IMG/VR virus record: IMGVR_UViG_3300042465_005589 | Coordinates: 248,001-312,000 of that record | DNA: 64,000 nucleotides | Reading direction: 5' to 3' (one strand) | Shown here: positions 50,480 to 61,488 of the stretch, one piece after another | Numbering within the stretch: position 1 is the stretch's first letter | How the letters are laid out: each line of letters opens with the position of its first letter | Position numbers and translations under genes: made by a program | Notes under the pieces: model-generated | What the model saw: only the letters and a program-made list of their open reading frames with translations | What the model was told of the DNA's origin: nothing | Databases searched by the model: none

Positions 50480-52206
50480 ATTTCCTCTATTAATGTCCAA
50501 TCTTTATCCCCATACCAATCATAAGTGTGGTAAATTTTAATTTTATCTTTTTTATCAAAAAATAACTCATTTGTTTTTTCACTATTAAAGTGATATACAA
50601 CATCATTAATTTTAAACTCATGGTCTAAAAACTCAACATTATTTTTTAAATTCCAATTAAAATTTAAAACAAATAGATTATCATTTAATTCAAAAATTGA
50701 ATAACTTAAATCTATCTTGTGTTCTTTAAATTGAATGTCTGATACCTTTTTTGAAATTAGTTTACCCTCACTTAATTGTACTGTTTTTCTATCAGGAAAA
50801 TTTTTAATATAATCACTAATAAACCCACCATAAAAGTTATATTTAATATCTTCACCAAGTTTATTAGATATGTTGTGTGAATTAATTTTAAGTCCGCTTT
50901 TAGCTACACATAAACCAACAATATTACCCTCACCAACACCTATTTTATCCACCCCATTAATCATTTCATGAGCATCTAAAGATGATGATAATTCTTTCCA
51001 TGTATCTAAAAAAACTTTCCATTTATTTTCTTCTTTTGAAACAATTAAAACACCTTCTTGATAGTGATAAGCATCATTTATTGGGATATTTAATTTTTCG
51101 GATATACTTAACGCTAATTCACCATAACCCACAACCCTATTAGTAATGTCTTTACTTTCAAAAAAACCTCCGGAAGGTCTTGATATTAATCCCCAATCCC
51201 AAGATGGGTGAAATCCTGGTTTAATTATTCTAATTAAATTGGTGTAACAATTTTTATAATTTTTAAAAAATAATCTACAATCAGAATCAACATATACAAC
51301 AGCATCTTCATATTTAAATCCCTCTTCAAAACAAATTAATTTATCATTATATGAGAATTTTTTATTAGGATAATCTACTAATATAACATTATCTAAAGAA
51401 TCATAGAATTCTTTTTGGTCTGTAACTATTAATATTTTTTGTTTAAAATAATTTAAATCAAAAGCCAATTTAACCGCGTTTTTATTAGCTGTTTCACCAT
51501 GAGCAATAGTTGTAAAAATATAGTTTTGTTTTTTATAGTTTTTTTTACAACTATTATTTCCTTGTATATCTGTTGTAAAATCATTTTTAACTTTTACAAT
51601 TCTTTCATTTGAAACATACACATTGAATTCAGATAATCTAATATATAATGCGGTATCAATTTGATTATCTATATTAGTAAGTTTTTCGATTAATTTTTTT
51701 GCACCATTTGGGGATATTATTAAAGATGGTAAACACGTTACAATACCTTTAGGTATAGATAAGTTTTTACTAAATGGATGTTTTTCTACATCAGTATCAC
51801 CATGACCTAAATAACAATAATCAAAATCATTAGGTAATTCAGATAAAATCATCTTTAATTTATCATCAAATGAATTATCAATTTCCACATCATCTTCAAA
51901 AGTTATTGCAGGAGAATCTAATTCTGATATTTTTTGAAATAAATTAAGATAACTCATTAAAACCCCCAAACCACCTTGAGTCATTGATAATCCCCAAGCG
52001 GTTACTGTATCCATTAAAATATCTTGGATTGCATTTTCACTTAATATACCTTCTTTTAAAGTTCTTGGATTTATAGTAGACCCATCAACTGCGTCAAACC
52101 TTTGATAAATATTTTTTAAAATAGTACTTTTATTTAATTGATTTTCTATAAATAACTTCCTATCCGTTCTTTTTTCTAAATTAATATAAAAACAATGTTT
52201 TAGCAT
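50476..52206 (-). CDS. Bifunctional glycosyltransferase: GT25 + GT-A domain + C-terminal YHTYxWYG domain
   Basis: YINLEKRTDRK, RFDAVDG, FEDD, GAKKL, QID (GT25); second domain VYVDSD. Confidence 0.8.
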   Translation of the reverse strand: MLKHCFYINLEKRTDRKLFIENQLNKSTILKNIYQRFDAVDGSTINPRTLKEGILSENAIQDILMDTVTAWGLSMTQGGLGVLMSYLNLFQKISELDSPAITFEDDVEIDNSFDDKLKMILSELPNDFDYCYLGHGDTDVEKHPFSKNLSIPKGIVTCLPSLIISPNGAKKLIEKLTNIDNQIDTALYIRLSEFNVYVSNERIVKVKNDFTTDIQGNNSCKKNYKKQNYIFTTIAHGETANKNAVKLAFDLNYFKQKILIVTDQKEFYDSLDNVILVDYPNKKFSYNDKLICFEEGFKYEDAVVYVDSDCRLFFKNYKNCYTNLIRIIKPGFHPSWDWGLISRPSGGFFESKDITNRVVGYGELALSISEKLNIPINDAYHYQEGVLIVSKEENKWKVFLDTWKELSSSLDAHEMINGVDKIGVGEGNIVGLCVAKSGLKINSHNISNKLGEDIKYNFYGGFISDYIKNFPDRKTVQLSEGKLISKKVSDIQFKEHKIDLSYSIFELNDNLFVLNFNWNLKNNVEFLDHEFKINDVVYHFNSEKTNELFFDKKDKIKIYHTYDWYGDKDWTLIEEI

Positions 52207-52212
52207 ACTTTA

Positions 52213-53460
52213 TTATAAATTACCGGTTATTCTATCACGCCAACCTTTTGACGTACTATATGGCCATACAACCCAATATTTTGGTTTTGATGTTGTTTGG
52301 AAATCTCTCCAAACTTTACAATATCCGTCATGGTCTTTCATCATAGCATTTATCTCATTAATATCGGCATCTTTTCTATAAAGAGTTTCATCATTTTCAT
52401 TATGAAATGCTACAACCCAAAATTCATAATCTTTTTCCGGTACTTGTTTAAATGAGATATCGATACAATGTTTGAAAATACTCGCAAAACTTGATAACCA
52501 TTCTTCTTCCGTCTCATATATGGTAGGGTTTGGTGCGTATTTTTTATCTAAAGTATATTGTTGGACAGCTCTATTTGAAAATTTAAGACCTGAATAAATT
52601 TCATAATCTTTTAATGTTCTTTCAGTTCCAAATCCATACTTACTAAAATCCATAGTAACTTCTTCACCGTCCATTCCAAAAAGCTGTCTATTCTTTTTGT
52701 GAGATAACTCATTCTTTTTACCCCACTCTTTATCATCATCCCATTGTTTGGTTCTACCCTTACGAGTATATTCGTGCCAAATAACGGTCTTATGTGGGTG
52801 GAATAAATCATATCCGTGAGTGAATGCTCTAACAGCAATTGATATTTCTTCCCCGTGAAAATAAAATTCAGGGTCGTGTTGAACCTCCACACTAAATTGA
52901 CCTAATGTGAATGCCATGTGAGCAGAATAAAAACGAGAAGTGATTGGTTGTTTTAATTTTTCCCAACCAGGTATTGTTTCAGGTAAGAAGAATACCGCAC
53001 CTTCAGGAATGAATCTATCAAAAGACATTCTCCACGGCTCTTTAACTCTACCTGCCGGGTCATTCTCGGGGTCAAATGATGAAACATACCCCGTTAACAA
53101 AGGTTTCTTAAATCCTTTCTTTTGAAGTTGTTTAATCATTTTGATTAAGGTAGTATCCCAATCTTTTTCAAATCTCATATGAGAATCTATTTGAAGTGTA
53201 TACTCCTCACCATCATATAATTGTTGTACTTGATTTCTTGCCCAACAAACACCTTTAGCGTCGGAATACAAAACATCCTTAACTCTAAATCGTTTATCTT
53301 TTTTAAATTTTTCTAAATTATCAAACCCATCTTCAGGGTGATATTGACGACATATACCTATTCTTAAGTTTTTAGGTCTTTTAGCATTTTCAATCATGCT
53401 ATCAAGTGTCGGGATAAGCTGGGGGTCACGATAGGAGGCTATCTGTACAAATATTTTCAT
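52213..53460 (-). CDS. GT60-like polypeptide alpha-GlcNAc transferase (Gnt1/OGNT family)
   Basis: IFVQIASYRD, GVCWAR, LQIDSHMRFEKDWD, FHGEE..IAVRAFTHGYD, WHEY, YGFGTERTL..Y. Confidence 0.85.
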   Translation of the reverse strand: MKIFVQIASYRDPQLIPTLDSMIENAKRPKNLRIGICRQYHPEDGFDNLEKFKKDKRFRVKDVLYSDAKGVCWARNQVQQLYDGEEYTLQIDSHMRFEKDWDTTLIKMIKQLQKKGFKKPLLTGYVSSFDPENDPAGRVKEPWRMSFDRFIPEGAVFFLPETIPGWEKLKQPITSRFYSAHMAFTLGQFSVEVQHDPEFYFHGEEISIAVRAFTHGYDLFHPHKTVIWHEYTRKGRTKQWDDDKEWGKKNELSHKKNRQLFGMDGEEVTMDFSKYGFGTERTLKDYEIYSGLKFSNRAVQQYTLDKKYAPNPTIYETEEEWLSSFASIFKHCIDISFKQVPEKDYEFWVVAFHNENDETLYRKDADINEINAMMKDHDGYCKVWRDFQTTSKPKYWVVWPYSTSKGWRDRITGNL

Positions 53461-53599
53461 TTATCTCTTGTTTTACACAAAAGATAATAATCTATAATCA
53501 AATATAAATAATATTATTTTAATAATTTATTAAGGGGATGAAACAAAAGTTGATGGATTTATTAACCTAATTTTAAGATTATAAGTTTATTGATTTTAG

Positions 53600-55528
53600 T
53601 TAGTTTATAAAAGAAAGAAATTTTTTATTACTACTACTGTAAAGTACCCAAGAAGCACCATAGTTAGAAGATATTTGAGTTTGAAACGCAATTGTAGTTC
53701 CAAGCATATATTGTCCAGAATTAGATATATCTGTTTTGATAATAGAACTACCAAAAGTATTCGTAGTCCAACTAACACCAAAATTATTTGTGGTAATAAC
53801 TCTATTATTAGTAGCACCTACTATTCCATATCTTCCATCATAACTTAACTTAAGGTCTTCATTAAAATCTTGACTAACAATACTCATTATTGACCAAGTT
53901 GCACCAAAATCAGTACTTCTGTAACTATTTCCAACTGCTGAAACTAACATCATATATAATCCATTTCCTGATACTGCAACACCTTGAAAATTACTAGAAT
54001 TTGCGGCTGATTGCGAAGGAAAAATATTTAATGTTATATTTGTAAAAGTTATTCCATAATTTGTAGATAGTAAAACATATTTTAATGAACTTGAATCATA
54101 ACCTGCAATAATAACATATTGACCATCCCACGATACACTAGATTGGATAATTAATGTAAAAGCCACAGGAAATGATGCAGGACTCCAACTTGTTCCAAAA
54201 TCACCACTTCTTAAAAGAGTGCCTCCTGATTCAACATACATATATTGTCCATTTTTAGATATTGAAGTCTCCCCAATAAAACCAGAACCCACCCCAATAG
54301 GTGTTGAGTAAGAATTACCATAATCTGAAGATATCTTTACTTGTAAAGGAGAAGTTGCTCCTGCAGCCGCTATAGAGTATTGGTAATTATCGGAAGCATT
54401 TATTCCATAATTTGTAGTGACGCCAACAGACGTTAGTTGACTTATTTCAACAAGTGTATCATCATATATTCTAAAAAATGGAGATGAATTAGATGTACCT
54501 AACATATCCCCTACTCCAAAAACAGGTGTAGGTATTGATGTTGGAGTAGGTGTTGGAGTCGCAGTTGAGGTTGGTGTTGCCGTTGGTGTAGGTGTAGATG
54601 TCGGAGTAGATGTCGGAGTTGATGTTGGCGTCGCAGTCGGTGTTGGTGTGGATGTCGGAGTAGATGTTGGTGTTGATGTTGGTGTTGCCGTTGGAGTTGA
54701 TGTTGGAGTCGCAGTTGGTGTAGGTGTAGGTGTTGGAGTCGCAGTTGGTGTTGCCGTTGGTGTAGGTGTTGGTGTAGGTGTAGGACAAGGATTTAAAATT
54801 TGACAAGTATTAATATCCGGTTGACTATTTAATAAAATGTATGAATACTGATTCGTTGAGGTTATTGGTGATATTGATGTTACACAACCAACATATCCAC
54901 TACTTTGAACATAATAAACCCCTGACAATGGAGAATAAGATGTAGGAATATTATAAACTATAAAAGTGTTTGATGGGTTACAACTATCTTGGAAATACCC
55001 CACAATAGGTGCTAATGTTTGTGTTGGAGTAGTTGTTGGTGTTGCAGTAGGTACTGGTGCACAAGTATTATCAACACACACCTCATTAATCAGAATGTTT
55101 ACCCCCACATCAGCAGAAGGTAATCTACCGCAATAATATAAGGTAGTCCCTGATTGAATAACACTGTTTAACACAACGTTATTACATTGGGTTAAACTAA
55201 AGTTTAAAGTTCCCGAAGTTGTATTTTCAAATGATATACAATTACAAACAACAACCATTGTTGGAGTCGGAGTTGGTGTTGTTGTTGGAGTTGGTGTTGG
55301 TGGTAATGGACAACTTTCTAATAAAAATTCTTCACACCCTATTGAATCAGTCACAACAACTAAAACCTGACTAGCACCTTCTAATTGAGAAGGGATTGGA
55401 AGTTCTAATGTTGGAGGAACAGAAACAACACCGGTTGCAACCACATAACAATACGTTAATGTTAAATCACATATTGATATATCAAATGGTGAGTGTCCGT
55501 TTAAACTGGTTATTTCTATTACTTGCAT
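53600..55528 (-). CDS. Mucin-like Pro-Thr repeat protein with Cys-rich modules and C-terminal Asp-box (BNR) beta-propeller; putative fibre/adhesin
   Basis: Three PT tracts and six SxDxGxxW-type boxes. Probable start MQVIEITS at 55528 after TATTTAT. Confidence 0.75.
   Translation of the reverse strand: MQVIEITSLNGHSPFDISICDLTLTYCYVVATGVVSVPPTLELPIPSQLEGASQVLVVVTDSIGCEEFLLESCPLPPTPTPTTTPTPTPTMVVVCNCISFENTTSGTLNFSLTQCNNVVLNSVIQSGTTLYYCGRLPSADVGVNILINEVCVDNTCAPVPTATPTTTPTQTLAPIVGYFQDSCNPSNTFIVYNIPTSYSPLSGVYYVQSSGYVGCVTSISPITSTNQYSYILLNSQPDINTCQILNPCPTPTPTPTPTATPTATPTPTPTPTATPTSTPTATPTSTPTSTPTSTPTPTATPTSTPTSTPTSTPTPTATPTSTATPTPTPTSIPTPVFGVGDMLGTSNSSPFFRIYDDTLVEISQLTSVGVTTNYGINASDNYQYSIAAAGATSPLQVKISSDYGNSYSTPIGVGSGFIGETSISKNGQYMYVESGGTLLRSGDFGTSWSPASFPVAFTLIIQSSVSWDGQYVIIAGYDSSSLKYVLLSTNYGITFTNITLNIFPSQSAANSSNFQGVAVSGNGLYMMLVSAVGNSYRSTDFGATWSIMSIVSQDFNEDLKLSYDGRYGIVGATNNRVITTNNFGVSWTTNTFGSSIIKTDISNSGQYMLGTTIAFQTQISSNYGASWVLYSSSNKKFLSFIN
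54525..54785 (-). repeat. Coding low-complexity repeat (TPT[P/A/S])n, about 85 aa
   Basis: Degenerate 12-nt units such as gttggtgtaggt and gtcggagtagat. Confidence 0.9.
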
Positions 55529-55632
55529 TACAATAAATATAGTTAGAATTATTTTACCATAAATACTTAACAATATTAAAGTTTACTATGGAACTTTATT
55601 AGTAATTTATTATTTTTATAATAAAAAAAAAT

Positions 55633-58600
55633 ATGTCGTTAAAGATTAACCATTACGATTTTATTGAAATTGGTACGTCAGATTTTGATACTTTAATTGA
55701 AACCTCCAATGACAATACTGTCGGTATTAGTATTGAACCTATAAAATATTACATAAATAGATTACCTGATAAACAGAATATTATTAAAGTCCAAGCGGCA
55801 TTATCAACAACAGATGGTGAAGTCGATGTGTACTATATTGAAGATTCTAAAATAGAAGAGAATAACTTACCTTGGTGGGTTAGAGGAAGTAACTCAATAA
55901 ATAATCCTCACCCTTTTGCTATTAAAGAATTAGGTGAAGAATTATACAATAGTTTGGTAACTATTGAAAAAGTTCCAACAATTAGTTGGGAAACATTAAT
56001 TAAAAGATATGATGTTGGTTCAATCGGTTATCTAAAGATTGATACTGAAGGTCACGACCATATCATCTTCAGAGATTTTTTAAACTATTGTAAAGAACAT
56101 TCATTTCCAATCCCAAACAAAATAACACTAGAATATCACGATGGTGTGTCAAACAAAGTTGAGATTGATAAATTAATATCGGAATTACCTGAATATCAAA
56201 TTATCAAACACATTAGTGATATTACATTAATGAAACCTCTAATACCGAGAGTAATACATCAAACATATAAAACTAATGATTTACCAACAGAAATAAGTGA
56301 GGTAGTTCAAAGGTTAAAAGATATGAATCCAACTTTTGAGTATAAATTCTACAACGATAACGATTGTGTTGAATTTATTAAAGAAAATTATGATGAAGAA
56401 ACTCTTAATCTTTATTTAAGTATTAACCCAAATTATGGGTCGGCTAAATCTGATTTTTTTAGATACCTTTTAATGTATAAAGTTGGTGGTGTTTATTTGG
56501 ATATTAAAAGTTGTACTACTAAACCTTTGGAAGAAGTTTTATTACCAACCGATGAATATCTATTAACTCATTGGGAAGGATTGGATTGGGCAGATGAATT
56601 AAAATATTATTTTGGCGAATTTCAAAATTGGCATATTATCTGTAAACCAAATCACCCATTTTTAAAAAGGGTAATTGAAATTGTTAAAGACAATATTAAA
56701 AATTATATTGGTGGGTCGGATAAATATTCTGTGTTAAGATTGACAGGTCCAATCGCTTATAGTAAAGGAATTATTGAACTTATATCTCAACATAAGAAAA
56801 ATAGTGTTGATTCACCCGTTAGAGAATTTTTATTAGAAAACGAGATTGGGTTACAATATATGTCAACCACAATACATCATCATAATCTAATTGATAGTTC
56901 GTATTCAAAAAGAGAACCTTTAATTTTAAAAGATAAGGTTGAGAAATCATATCTATTATATGCAACCGAAAACTATTTGGATGTTGCAAAGATGTGTATT
57001 AAATCAATCCGAGAATATAGTGATTTACCAATTTTCTTATATCTTATTAATTCTAATAAAGTTGTGGATATTAAAGATGTTGCAACCATAAATTGGAATG
57101 TAGAATTAGTTGATGATAATTCTGATAGATACATTCAAGAGGGTGACAATTTTTACATTAATAGAACCAATAAAACGATTTATAACATCTTAATACAAAA
57201 ACCATTAATCACTAAAGACGTTTTATCTAAATACACTAAAACGGTTGCATTTATTGATTGTGATTCAATTGCAACACCATATGTTGATAGAATCTTTGAC
57301 TTATACGATAATGATAAAGATTACCCTTATTTTGTTGAAGGGATTTATGATTTTCTACACGTAGGTGAACGAGGTGGTGCTATGACTAGAGATGATATGT
57401 CAACCACGTTGGAACATCCGGCGTGTGAATTATTTAATGTTAATCAGTATGTTAGAGAAAAATACCGACAAACAGGTTATTATGTTGCAAATGAAAAATG
57501 TATTGATTTTTTATACGAATGGTATCAAATGTGTTCTCACCCTGAAGTATTAAATAATATACCATATTATGCGGCATATAATGAGGAGACCATCCTAAAT
57601 GTGTTATTGTGGAAAAAATTAATATTTGATGGATTACCTTACATTTACGCTAACGGAAATTTAGAATTGATTGATAATATCTATTCAAACTACAATATTA
57701 GTGAAGAAAGTTTATGGATTAAGATTCCAAATAAGAAAGATGATTTGTTATTTATTCACGGAGAAAAGAACATTTTAGAAATGGGTAAAATAATATCAAA
57801 AATTAAAAACCATAATAAAGAAAAAATTAAAGTATTATTCTTGGCACCACATCTGTCAACCGGAGGGATGCCATCATTCCTATTAAAACGAATCGAATCG
57901 TTATTAGAATATTATAAAGATAAAACGGAATTATTTGTTGTGGAATATTCTAACCATAGTGACCACTATGTGGTTCAAAAAAATAGAATTAAAAAATTAA
58001 TACCTCCATCACATTTTTGGACGTTAGGTGAAGATAAAAACGAATTAAAGAAAATTATTGAGGAAAATTATTTTGACATAATTCACTTGGATGAAATGAT
58101 TGAAGATTTTGATGCTCATAATAAATTATCAAATGAGTTAATGAATTTCATTTATAAAAATGACCGAACTTGGAGAGTAGTGGAAACTTGTCATAACGTT
58201 GTATTCCAACCGGAAAAAGATAAAGTGTTTCATCCTGAAGCATACGCTTATTGTTCACCATTTCATAAAGAATCAACATTCTTGAATATGCCATCGTATG
58301 GTGAAGTAATTGAATTTCCGTATAACCCTACAATTGTAATAGATAAAGAAAGTAATAAAGAAAAATTAGGTTTAGACCCAAATAAAATTCACATTATAAA
58401 TGTTGGATTATGGACACCAGGTAAAAATCAAGAAGAAGGTGTTGAGATTGCAAAATTAGTTGAGGGTATTCACCCTGAATTAGAATTCCATTTCATTGGG
58501 AATCAAGCACCTAACTTTCAAGATTATTGGATACCAATTATGAAAGATTTACCATCAAACGTTAAAGTATGGGGGGAGAAAGATAATGTTAGTGATTTTA

Positions 58601-59976
58601 TGTGTGCCGCTGATGTATTGATGTTTAACTCAACTTGGGAATGTAATCCGTTAGTATTAAGAGAAGGTATTTCTTATGGATTAAAAATTTTAGCAAGAAA
58701 CTTACCTCAATATATGGATATGTTTACACCTTATATAACACAATTGTCAGGTGATATTTTTGACATGAAAAATCAACTTTTAGATTTAATTAAAGATGAA
58801 AGTTATTACGAATTCCCAACATATAGAACAAAAGAATTTGCTGAAAAAAATTACGAGTTATACCAAAAAATATTAAACGAACCAATTAAAAAACAAACCA
58901 TGATAGATAATGAAGTACAAATATTCCAACATTTTGTTAAAGAACCATTTTTAGAAATAAAAGGAACTGGAGACAAAGATTACAATGTTAAATTCTTTGA
59001 TGAAGAAGGTATTTGTCATTATGAGAATACCATAAAACCAAATCATTGGGTTAAATTAAATAGAAGTTATTACACCAAATGGAGAGCAGTTGTTACTCGA
59101 GATAATGAGGTAATTTATGATAACACTATGGATTTAACAAATAAAAGAGTTTACATATCTTTCGATAGTAAATCTTTAGGTGACTCGATTGCTTGGATTC
59201 CTTATGTTTTAGAATTTAAAAAGAAACACGATTGTAAAGTTATTGTATCTACATTTTGGAATCATTTATTTGAAAATGAATATCCTGAAATTGAGTTTGT
59301 TGTACCGGGAACGACCGTACATAATCTTTATGCTATGTACACAATCGGATGGTTCTACAATACAGATAAAGAACCTGTATTACCAAACACAATACCATTA
59401 CAACAAACAATTACTAACATATTAGGATTAGAATTTAAAGAGATTAAACCTAATATACACAACACCATTCACCCAAGACCTTATCAAAAGAAATATGTTA
59501 CCATAGCAACTAACTCAACAGCAGGGTGTAAATTTTGGACAAGAGAAGGATGGCAATCACTAATTAACTATCTTCATAATTTAGGATATAAAGTAATAAA
59601 CGTATCCAAAGAAGATAATCCGTTTGAAAATGCAAACAAGATTAAAAACACCTCAATTCATCACACAATGAATGTAATTCACCATAGCGAATTCTTTATC
59701 GGATTATCTAGTGGTTTATCTTGGTTAGCTTGGGCGTTAGGTAAACAAGTTGTAATGATTTCTAACTTTACAAATGAGGAACATGAGTTTATGTTTAATT
59801 GTACTAGAATTGTAAATCATTCTGTTTGTAACGGATGTTGGAATAAACCTGAATTTACCTTTGATAAAGGTGATTGGAATTGGTGTCCTGTTAATAAAGG
59901 AACTGAAAAACAATTTGAATGTCATAAATCGATAACACCGGAAATGGTTATTAATCAAATACAACATTTACTATAA
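55633..59976 (+). CDS. Five-domain enzyme: FkbM methyltransferase + GT32 + GT-A + GT4 + AAH/TibC-like heptosyltransferase
   Basis: FIEIG/LKIDTEGHD; IPRVIHQT/SDFFRY/GGVYLDIK/LTGP; FIDCD; HLSTGG/KNQ/ECNPLVLREG; SLGDSIAW/FIGLSSGLSWLAWA/CNGCW..C..C. Confidence 0.85.
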   Translation: MSLKINHYDFIEIGTSDFDTLIETSNDNTVGISIEPIKYYINRLPDKQNIIKVQAALSTTDGEVDVYYIEDSKIEENNLPWWVRGSNSINNPHPFAIKELGEELYNSLVTIEKVPTISWETLIKRYDVGSIGYLKIDTEGHDHIIFRDFLNYCKEHSFPIPNKITLEYHDGVSNKVEIDKLISELPEYQIIKHISDITLMKPLIPRVIHQTYKTNDLPTEISEVVQRLKDMNPTFEYKFYNDNDCVEFIKENYDEETLNLYLSINPNYGSAKSDFFRYLLMYKVGGVYLDIKSCTTKPLEEVLLPTDEYLLTHWEGLDWADELKYYFGEFQNWHIICKPNHPFLKRVIEIVKDNIKNYIGGSDKYSVLRLTGPIAYSKGIIELISQHKKNSVDSPVREFLLENEIGLQYMSTTIHHHNLIDSSYSKREPLILKDKVEKSYLLYATENYLDVAKMCIKSIREYSDLPIFLYLINSNKVVDIKDVATINWNVELVDDNSDRYIQEGDNFYINRTNKTIYNILIQKPLITKDVLSKYTKTVAFIDCDSIATPYVDRIFDLYDNDKDYPYFVEGIYDFLHVGERGGAMTRDDMSTTLEHPACELFNVNQYVREKYRQTGYYVANEKCIDFLYEWYQMCSHPEVLNNIPYYAAYNEETILNVLLWKKLIFDGLPYIYANGNLELIDNIYSNYNISEESLWIKIPNKKDDLLFIHGEKNILEMGKIISKIKNHNKEKIKVLFLAPHLSTGGMPSFLLKRIESLLEYYKDKTELFVVEYSNHSDHYVVQKNRIKKLIPPSHFWTLGEDKNELKKIIEENYFDIIHLDEMIEDFDAHNKLSNELMNFIYKNDRTWRVVETCHNVVFQPEKDKVFHPEAYAYCSPFHKESTFLNMPSYGEVIEFPYNPTIVIDKESNKEKLGLDPNKIHIINVGLWTPGKNQEEGVEIAKLVEGIHPELEFHFIGNQAPNFQDYWIPIMKDLPSNVKVWGEKDNVSDFMCAADVLMFNSTWECNPLVLREGISYGLKILARNLPQYMDMFTPYITQLSGDIFDMKNQLLDLIKDESYYEFPTYRTKEFAEKNYELYQKILNEPIKKQTMIDNEVQIFQHFVKEPFLEIKGTGDKDYNVKFFDEEGICHYENTIKPNHWVKLNRSYYTKWRAVVTRDNEVIYDNTMDLTNKRVYISFDSKSLGDSIAWIPYVLEFKKKHDCKVIVSTFWNHLFENEYPEIEFVVPGTTVHNLYAMYTIGWFYNTDKEPVLPNTIPLQQTITNILGLEFKEIKPNIHNTIHPRPYQKKYVTIATNSTAGCKFWTREGWQSLINYLHNLGYKVINVSKEDNPFENANKIKNTSIHHTMNVIHHSEFFIGLSSGLSWLAWALGKQVVMISNFTNEEHEFMFNCTRIVNHSVCNGCWNKPEFTFDKGDWNWCPVNKGTEKQFECHKSITPEMVINQIQHLL

Positions 59977-60653
59977 TGGATTATAATAATTTTGATTGGG
60001 GATGGATGGGACAAAGTGAAGAAGGTTTGTTTCATAAAGAACAAATAACTCAAGAAACATTTGTTGATAAAATATATGAAAAGTTTTTTGAAGTTTCTGA
60101 AGGTGATATTGTTTTAGATTTTGGTGCTAGTGTTGGACCATTTACGTATAGTATTTTATCAAAAAAACCAAAACACGTATATTGTCTTGAACCAAGTGAA
60201 TTTGAATTTCCCACATTAGTTAATAATACAGTTGGTCATCCGGTAACACCAATATTGAAGGGTGTCTCAAATACCAACACATATACTGAGGGTAATGACA
60301 TTTATGGTGGTTCAAAACAAATGGAAGGAATTACTTTTAAAAAACTTTGTGAGTTATATAATTTAAAAACCATAGATTTTTTAAAAACAGATTGTGAGGG
60401 TGGTGAATACGATATTTTTAATGATGAGAATTTTGAATTTATTAAAAATAATGTCAAAAAAATCACCGGTGAGTGGCATTTAGGTACACCAATTTTAAAA
60501 GAAAAATTTAAAAAATTCAGAGATACTTACTTACAATACTTTATAAATGTTGAGGTGTACTCAATAGATGGTGTTAATGTAAAATGGAATTTAATGTCTG
60601 ACAATTTTTTAGAACACTATACAGAAATAATAATACACATATATAACGTTTAA
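59976..60653 (+). CDS. FkbM-family methyltransferase
   Basis: VLDFGASVG, CLEP, IDFLKTDCEGGEY, GEWH. Confidence 0.88.
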   Translation: MDYNNFDWGWMGQSEEGLFHKEQITQETFVDKIYEKFFEVSEGDIVLDFGASVGPFTYSILSKKPKHVYCLEPSEFEFPTLVNNTVGHPVTPILKGVSNTNTYTEGNDIYGGSKQMEGITFKKLCELYNLKTIDFLKTDCEGGEYDIFNDENFEFIKNNVKKITGEWHLGTPILKEKFKKFRDTYLQYFINVEVYSIDGVNVKWNLMSDNFLEHYTEIIIHIYNV

Positions 60654-60657
60654 TTAA

Positions 60658-61476
60658 ATGAAACAAATATTTTTTAACTCTTCCCTACCTAGAAGTGGAA
60701 GTACATTAATTCAGAATTTATTAGCTCAAAATCCTGAAATTTACTCAACACCAACATCAGGGTTGGTAGATTTTGTAATCGCTTGTAAAAACAATTACAA
60801 TCACTCACAAGCATTCCAAGCTCAAAATCAAGATGAAATGACCAAAGCCTTTGTCGATTTTTGTCAAGATGGTATGCAAGGTTATTTTAAAAGACTTACT
60901 GATAAACCAATCGTAATCGATAAAAGTCGAGAATGGGGAATCAATTATGGTTTATTGGAAATGCTACAACCAAACCCAAAAATTATTTGTATGGTTAGAG
61001 ATGTTAGAGCTGTCTATAGTTCAATGGAAAAGAATTTTAGAAAAAACCCTCATAGAGAAAATGGGATTCAAAGACCGGCAGAATTAATTGGGACAACCTT
61101 AAACAAACGTGTTGATATTTGGGCTAGTGGTGTTCCTGTTGGTGTTGCAATTGATAGGTTATTAGATACCATTCAACAAGGTATTGCCGAAAAAATGTTA
61201 TTTATTCGTTACGAGGATTTAATGAGTAATCCTGAAGAAGAAATGAGTAGAATATACAATTATTTAGAACTACCATATTATGAAGGACATGACTTTGAGA
61301 ATATATCTCAACTAACTCATGAAGATGATAGAGTACATGGGATATTTGGTGACCACCAATTAAGACCTAAATTTGAAAGAAAACCGGATGATTACATGGA
61401 AGTGTTGGGGTATGAGATATCAATGAACATTAAAAATCATTATAAATGGTTTTATGACTATTTTGGATACGTATAA
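60658..61476 (+). CDS. PAPS-dependent sulfotransferase
   Basis: 5'-PSB SLPRSGSTL, DKS, 3'-PB MVRDVRAVYSS, RYEDL. Confidence 0.9.
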   Translation: MKQIFFNSSLPRSGSTLIQNLLAQNPEIYSTPTSGLVDFVIACKNNYNHSQAFQAQNQDEMTKAFVDFCQDGMQGYFKRLTDKPIVIDKSREWGINYGLLEMLQPNPKIICMVRDVRAVYSSMEKNFRKNPHRENGIQRPAELIGTTLNKRVDIWASGVPVGVAIDRLLDTIQQGIAEKMLFIRYEDLMSNPEEEMSRIYNYLELPYYEGHDFENISQLTHEDDRVHGIFGDHQLRPKFERKPDDYMEVLGYEISMNIKNHYKWFYDYFGYV

Positions 61477-61488
61477 AAAATTTTAATT

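Noticed and set aside
53461-53599. Small ORF or ncRNA in the gap between GT60 and the PT protein
   Set aside because: Only a 10-codon ORF and no convincing stem.
54489-54806. Alternate-frame YTYTNCDSN repeat ORF
   Set aside because: Product of the Pro-Thr codon repeat read out of frame.
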